Source: Proteobacteria bacterium UBA5680 (GTDB lineage Bacteria; Pseudomonadota; Gammaproteobacteria; Arenicellales; UBA5680). From it: a DNA stretch of 64,000 bases. Shown here one piece after another: positions 60,938 to 64,000 of this stretch. Numbering within the stretch: position 1 is the first letter of the stretch; each line of letters opens with the position of its first letter. The stretch lies in the NCBI GenBank assembly GCA_002420425.1, contig DIIC01000044.1:905-64904 (forward strand). Direction: 5' to 3'. Position numbers and translations under genes: made by a program. Below the pieces are notes generated by a model. The model was not told the origin of the DNA. It did not search any database and saw only the letters and a program-made list of their open reading frames with translations.

Positions 60938-61522
60938 CTATTGCCTCACTGCTTTTTCTACCCGTTGTTGCAGGAGGGTAACCCTCTGCTCAAGCTGAAT
61001 CACTGCTTTTGAGAACGATTCAATTTCAGGTGGGGCGGGCAGACTGCGCAACTCCTCCTGAAAATACTCAGCCACATTCCTCTCTACTGACTCCCTTGCC
61101 TGAGAGACCCGGGCTGCAAAGCCCCTCACCCCATTGCCCACTTTTGTTGCTGGAGTATCACCGATAAACCGGGAGAGCCCCTCCTCCCAATCAAGATCAA
61201 GGTGTTCAAAGAAAGCGCCGAGGTCATTGCCCAACTCAGGATCACCTTGAAAATGCAGGCTCCCACCTTCAGGATCGAACCGGCCTTTATGGAAAAAAGA
61301 GATTAACGCTGAAAATGACCCCCTCAACAGAAGATCAGGCTCTCTATCTACTTCACGCTCAATTCGGATCCCCTCCTGATCAGGAAGAAGGTAGAAGTAG
61401 ACAGAGGATTGTTTCAGTTCAACCTTAACTACTCTGCCTGACAACTCGGCAAGCTTCTCCAGGGAGGATGGATCCAACTGCAAGAGCTGGTCAGCAATCC
61501 CTTCTGCAAATCGAGCAAGCAT
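60938..61522 (-). CDS. ubiJ: Ubiquinone biosynthesis accessory factor UbiJ (SCP2 domain)
   Basis: 194 aa with an SCP2-like N-terminal half and a C-terminal coiled helix, in the conserved position between ubiE and ubiB. Confidence 0.8.
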   Translation of the reverse strand: MLARFAEGIADQLLQLDPSSLEKLAELSGRVVKVELKQSSVYFYLLPDQEGIRIEREVDREPDLLLRGSFSALISFFHKGRFDPEGGSLHFQGDPELGNDLGAFFEHLDLDWEEGLSRFIGDTPATKVGNGVRGFAARVSQARESVERNVAEYFQEELRSLPAPPEIESFSKAVIQLEQRVTLLQQRVEKAVRQ

Positions 61523-61536
61523 CTCTCTTCCTGGCC

Positions 61537-62295
61537 TCAGAGGCTAAAGCCGACATGCAGCGCTACAATTCCACCGCTCAGATTATGGTAGGAGACCCGC
61601 TCCAGACCCGCCTCCTCCATCATCTTTTTCAGGGTCAACTGATCCGGATGTTTGCGTATCGACTCAACAAGGTATTGGTAACTTTCCCTGTCTCCAGTCA
61701 CCAACCCTCCCAGCCGGGGGATCATATTAAAGGAGTAGATATCGTATAGCTCTTCAAGCAGAGGAAAGGCCGGTTTTGAAAACTCAAGAATCAGCAGTCT
61801 TCCGCCAGGCTTCAACACCTGCTTCATCGCTTTAAGAGCCTTAGGAATTCGAGTTACATTTCGCAAGCCAAAGCTGATAGAGACACAATCAAAAGCTGCG
61901 TTGGGAAAACAAAGCTGCTCTGCATCGCACTGAATATAACGCACATTTCCCATTATCCCCAGATCAATCATCCGACTCCTGCCTTGCCCAAGCATAGCCT
62001 TGTTGATGTCAGTGAGTATAACTTCACCGGAGGTTCCAACTCGTTCGGCAAATTGTAATGCAAGGTCACCACTGCCGCCGGCCACATCTAAAACCCTGTC
62101 GCCTTGGTGAACCCCGCTGCGGCCAATGGCAAACCTCTTCCAGAGACGATGGACACCCAGTGACATCAGGTCATTCATTAGATCATAGCGATTGGCAACA
62201 GAGCTAAAGACCCCACCGACAAGATCGGCTTTTACTTCTTCATCAACCTGACGATAGCCGAAATGGGTGGTATTGGTATCTCTGTTGTCTGACAC
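61537..62295 (-). CDS. ubiE: Ubiquinone/menaquinone C-methyltransferase UbiE
   Basis: 252 aa with the [17 protein letters not shown] block and SAM motif [12 protein letters not shown]. Confidence 0.95.
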   Translation of the reverse strand: MSDNRDTNTTHFGYRQVDEEVKADLVGGVFSSVANRYDLMNDLMSLGVHRLWKRFAIGRSGVHQGDRVLDVAGGSGDLALQFAERVGTSGEVILTDINKAMLGQGRSRMIDLGIMGNVRYIQCDAEQLCFPNAAFDCVSISFGLRNVTRIPKALKAMKQVLKPGGRLLILEFSKPAFPLLEELYDIYSFNMIPRLGGLVTGDRESYQYLVESIRKHPDQLTLKKMMEEAGLERVSYHNLSGGIVALHVGFSL

Positions 62296-62306
62296 GTCAA
62301 AAGATC

Positions 62307-62681
62307 TCAGGCATCAGGCACTTTTCGGAGATAACCTGCTTGTTTGAGCTTCATCAGGTATTCCTCCCAGTACTGTTGATAGTTGACTCCAAGATCATAA
62401 AGAGTCTCCCAGGAAAAAATACCGGTATCGTGACCATCATCAAATTTAAGGGTAACGGCATATGCCCCTACAGGTTCGATATCTTCAATATTGACGTTCT
62501 CTTTCCCCATCTGCAGTTGTTCCTGACCCGGACCATGTCCTCTTACTTCTGCAGAGGGTGAAAAAACCCTGAGGTATTCGCAGGGAAAATCAAAGCGCTC
62601 CCCACTGTTAAACCCAATTTCAAGCACCTTGGAGAGCTGGTGGAGTTTGATATCTGTTGGCTTTGGAGATCTCTTGTTCAT
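62307..62681 (-). CDS. DUF971-family protein (gamma-butyrobetaine hydroxylase N-terminal-like domain)
   Basis: 124 aa with the [19 protein letters not shown] and [25 protein letters not shown] pattern typical of DUF971. It lies 11 nt upstream of ubiE. Confidence 0.7.
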   Translation of the reverse strand: MNKRSPKPTDIKLHQLSKVLEIGFNSGERFDFPCEYLRVFSPSAEVRGHGPGQEQLQMGKENVNIEDIEPVGAYAVTLKFDDGHDTGIFSWETLYDLGVNYQQYWEEYLMKLKQAGYLRKVPDA

Positions 62682-62847
62682 TTGTATTCACACAATTAAG
62701 AGTGAAAAGACTCACAGTAGTATAGCGACAACCAAGAATCAAAGAACTGCTGATTTATTTGCGGGAGGGCCAAACCTGGACAATCCTTAAGGAGAGATTA
62801 AGGGTTCAGCTGGCTGGCGATCACCAACTGACTCTTACCTTGGCAGG

Positions 62848-63861
<1,014 letters not shown>

Positions 63862-63913
63862 TCACCTCACAAGAATAGTCTACAAGAGTACCTTCCCGCC
63901 GAAGGGATAACTA

Positions 63914-64000
63914 CTATTTCGATCCTTTTGTCCCGGATGGTTTTGCGCTCTTGTTGGAGGCAACCTTTTTAGCCGCTTTCTTGGCTACTTTCCTGGCCGC
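63914..64000 (-). CDS. 3' end of a CDS truncated by the window edge, with a Lys/Ala-rich basic tail
   Basis: The minus-strand frame from 64000 reads AARKVAKKAAKKVASNKSAKPSGTKGSK and then TAG (63914-63916). Only 28 codons are visible, so the product is unknown (the composition is histone-H1-like or phasin-like). Confidence 0.3.
   Translation of the reverse strand, partial: AARKVAKKAAKKVASNKSAKPSGTKGSK

Overview
This is a gene-dense stretch of core gammaproteobacterial chromosome with about 68 protein-coding genes and 2 tRNAs. I saw no rRNA, CRISPR array, IS element, transposase, integrase, prophage or recognisable defence genes.

The first 10 kb has the order known from Pseudomonas and relatives: ychF-pth-rplY-prs-tRNA(Gln)-ispE-lolB-TPR on the minus strand, facing hemA-prfA-prmC on the plus strand. 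The rest is mostly housekeeping:
- deaD, prlC, gor, aroE, ubiA, recG
- ridA-spoT-rpoZ-gmk, then yicC / rph-rdgB, gpmA
- a split molybdopterin locus (moeB, moaC ... moaA-moaD-moaE)
- hslR, thrH, hemW, trmL, gpsA-secB-yibN, ctpA
- an iscR-sufBCDS-sufT-Rieske operon
- DUF971-ubiE-ubiJ-ubiB and hemB

I do not see a convincing, clearly novel multi-gene system. The most worthwhile candidates are:
1. A translationally coupled RND/MMPL-type permease + LolA-like periplasmic protein + predicted outer-membrane barrel (14.1-18.4 kb), with no known substrate.
2. A truncated hemJ remnant between hemW and trmL.
3. A two-Cys BigR/YgaV/SqrR-like ArsR repressor in front of the yibN rhodanese.
4. A suf operon headed by an IscR-type regulator and ending in SufT plus a Rieske protein.
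5. A structured 306-nt leader upstream of moaA.

All family assignments come from motif and sequence recognition by eye. No searches or folding calculations were run. Several start codons were moved away from the longest-ORF call and are marked as such.
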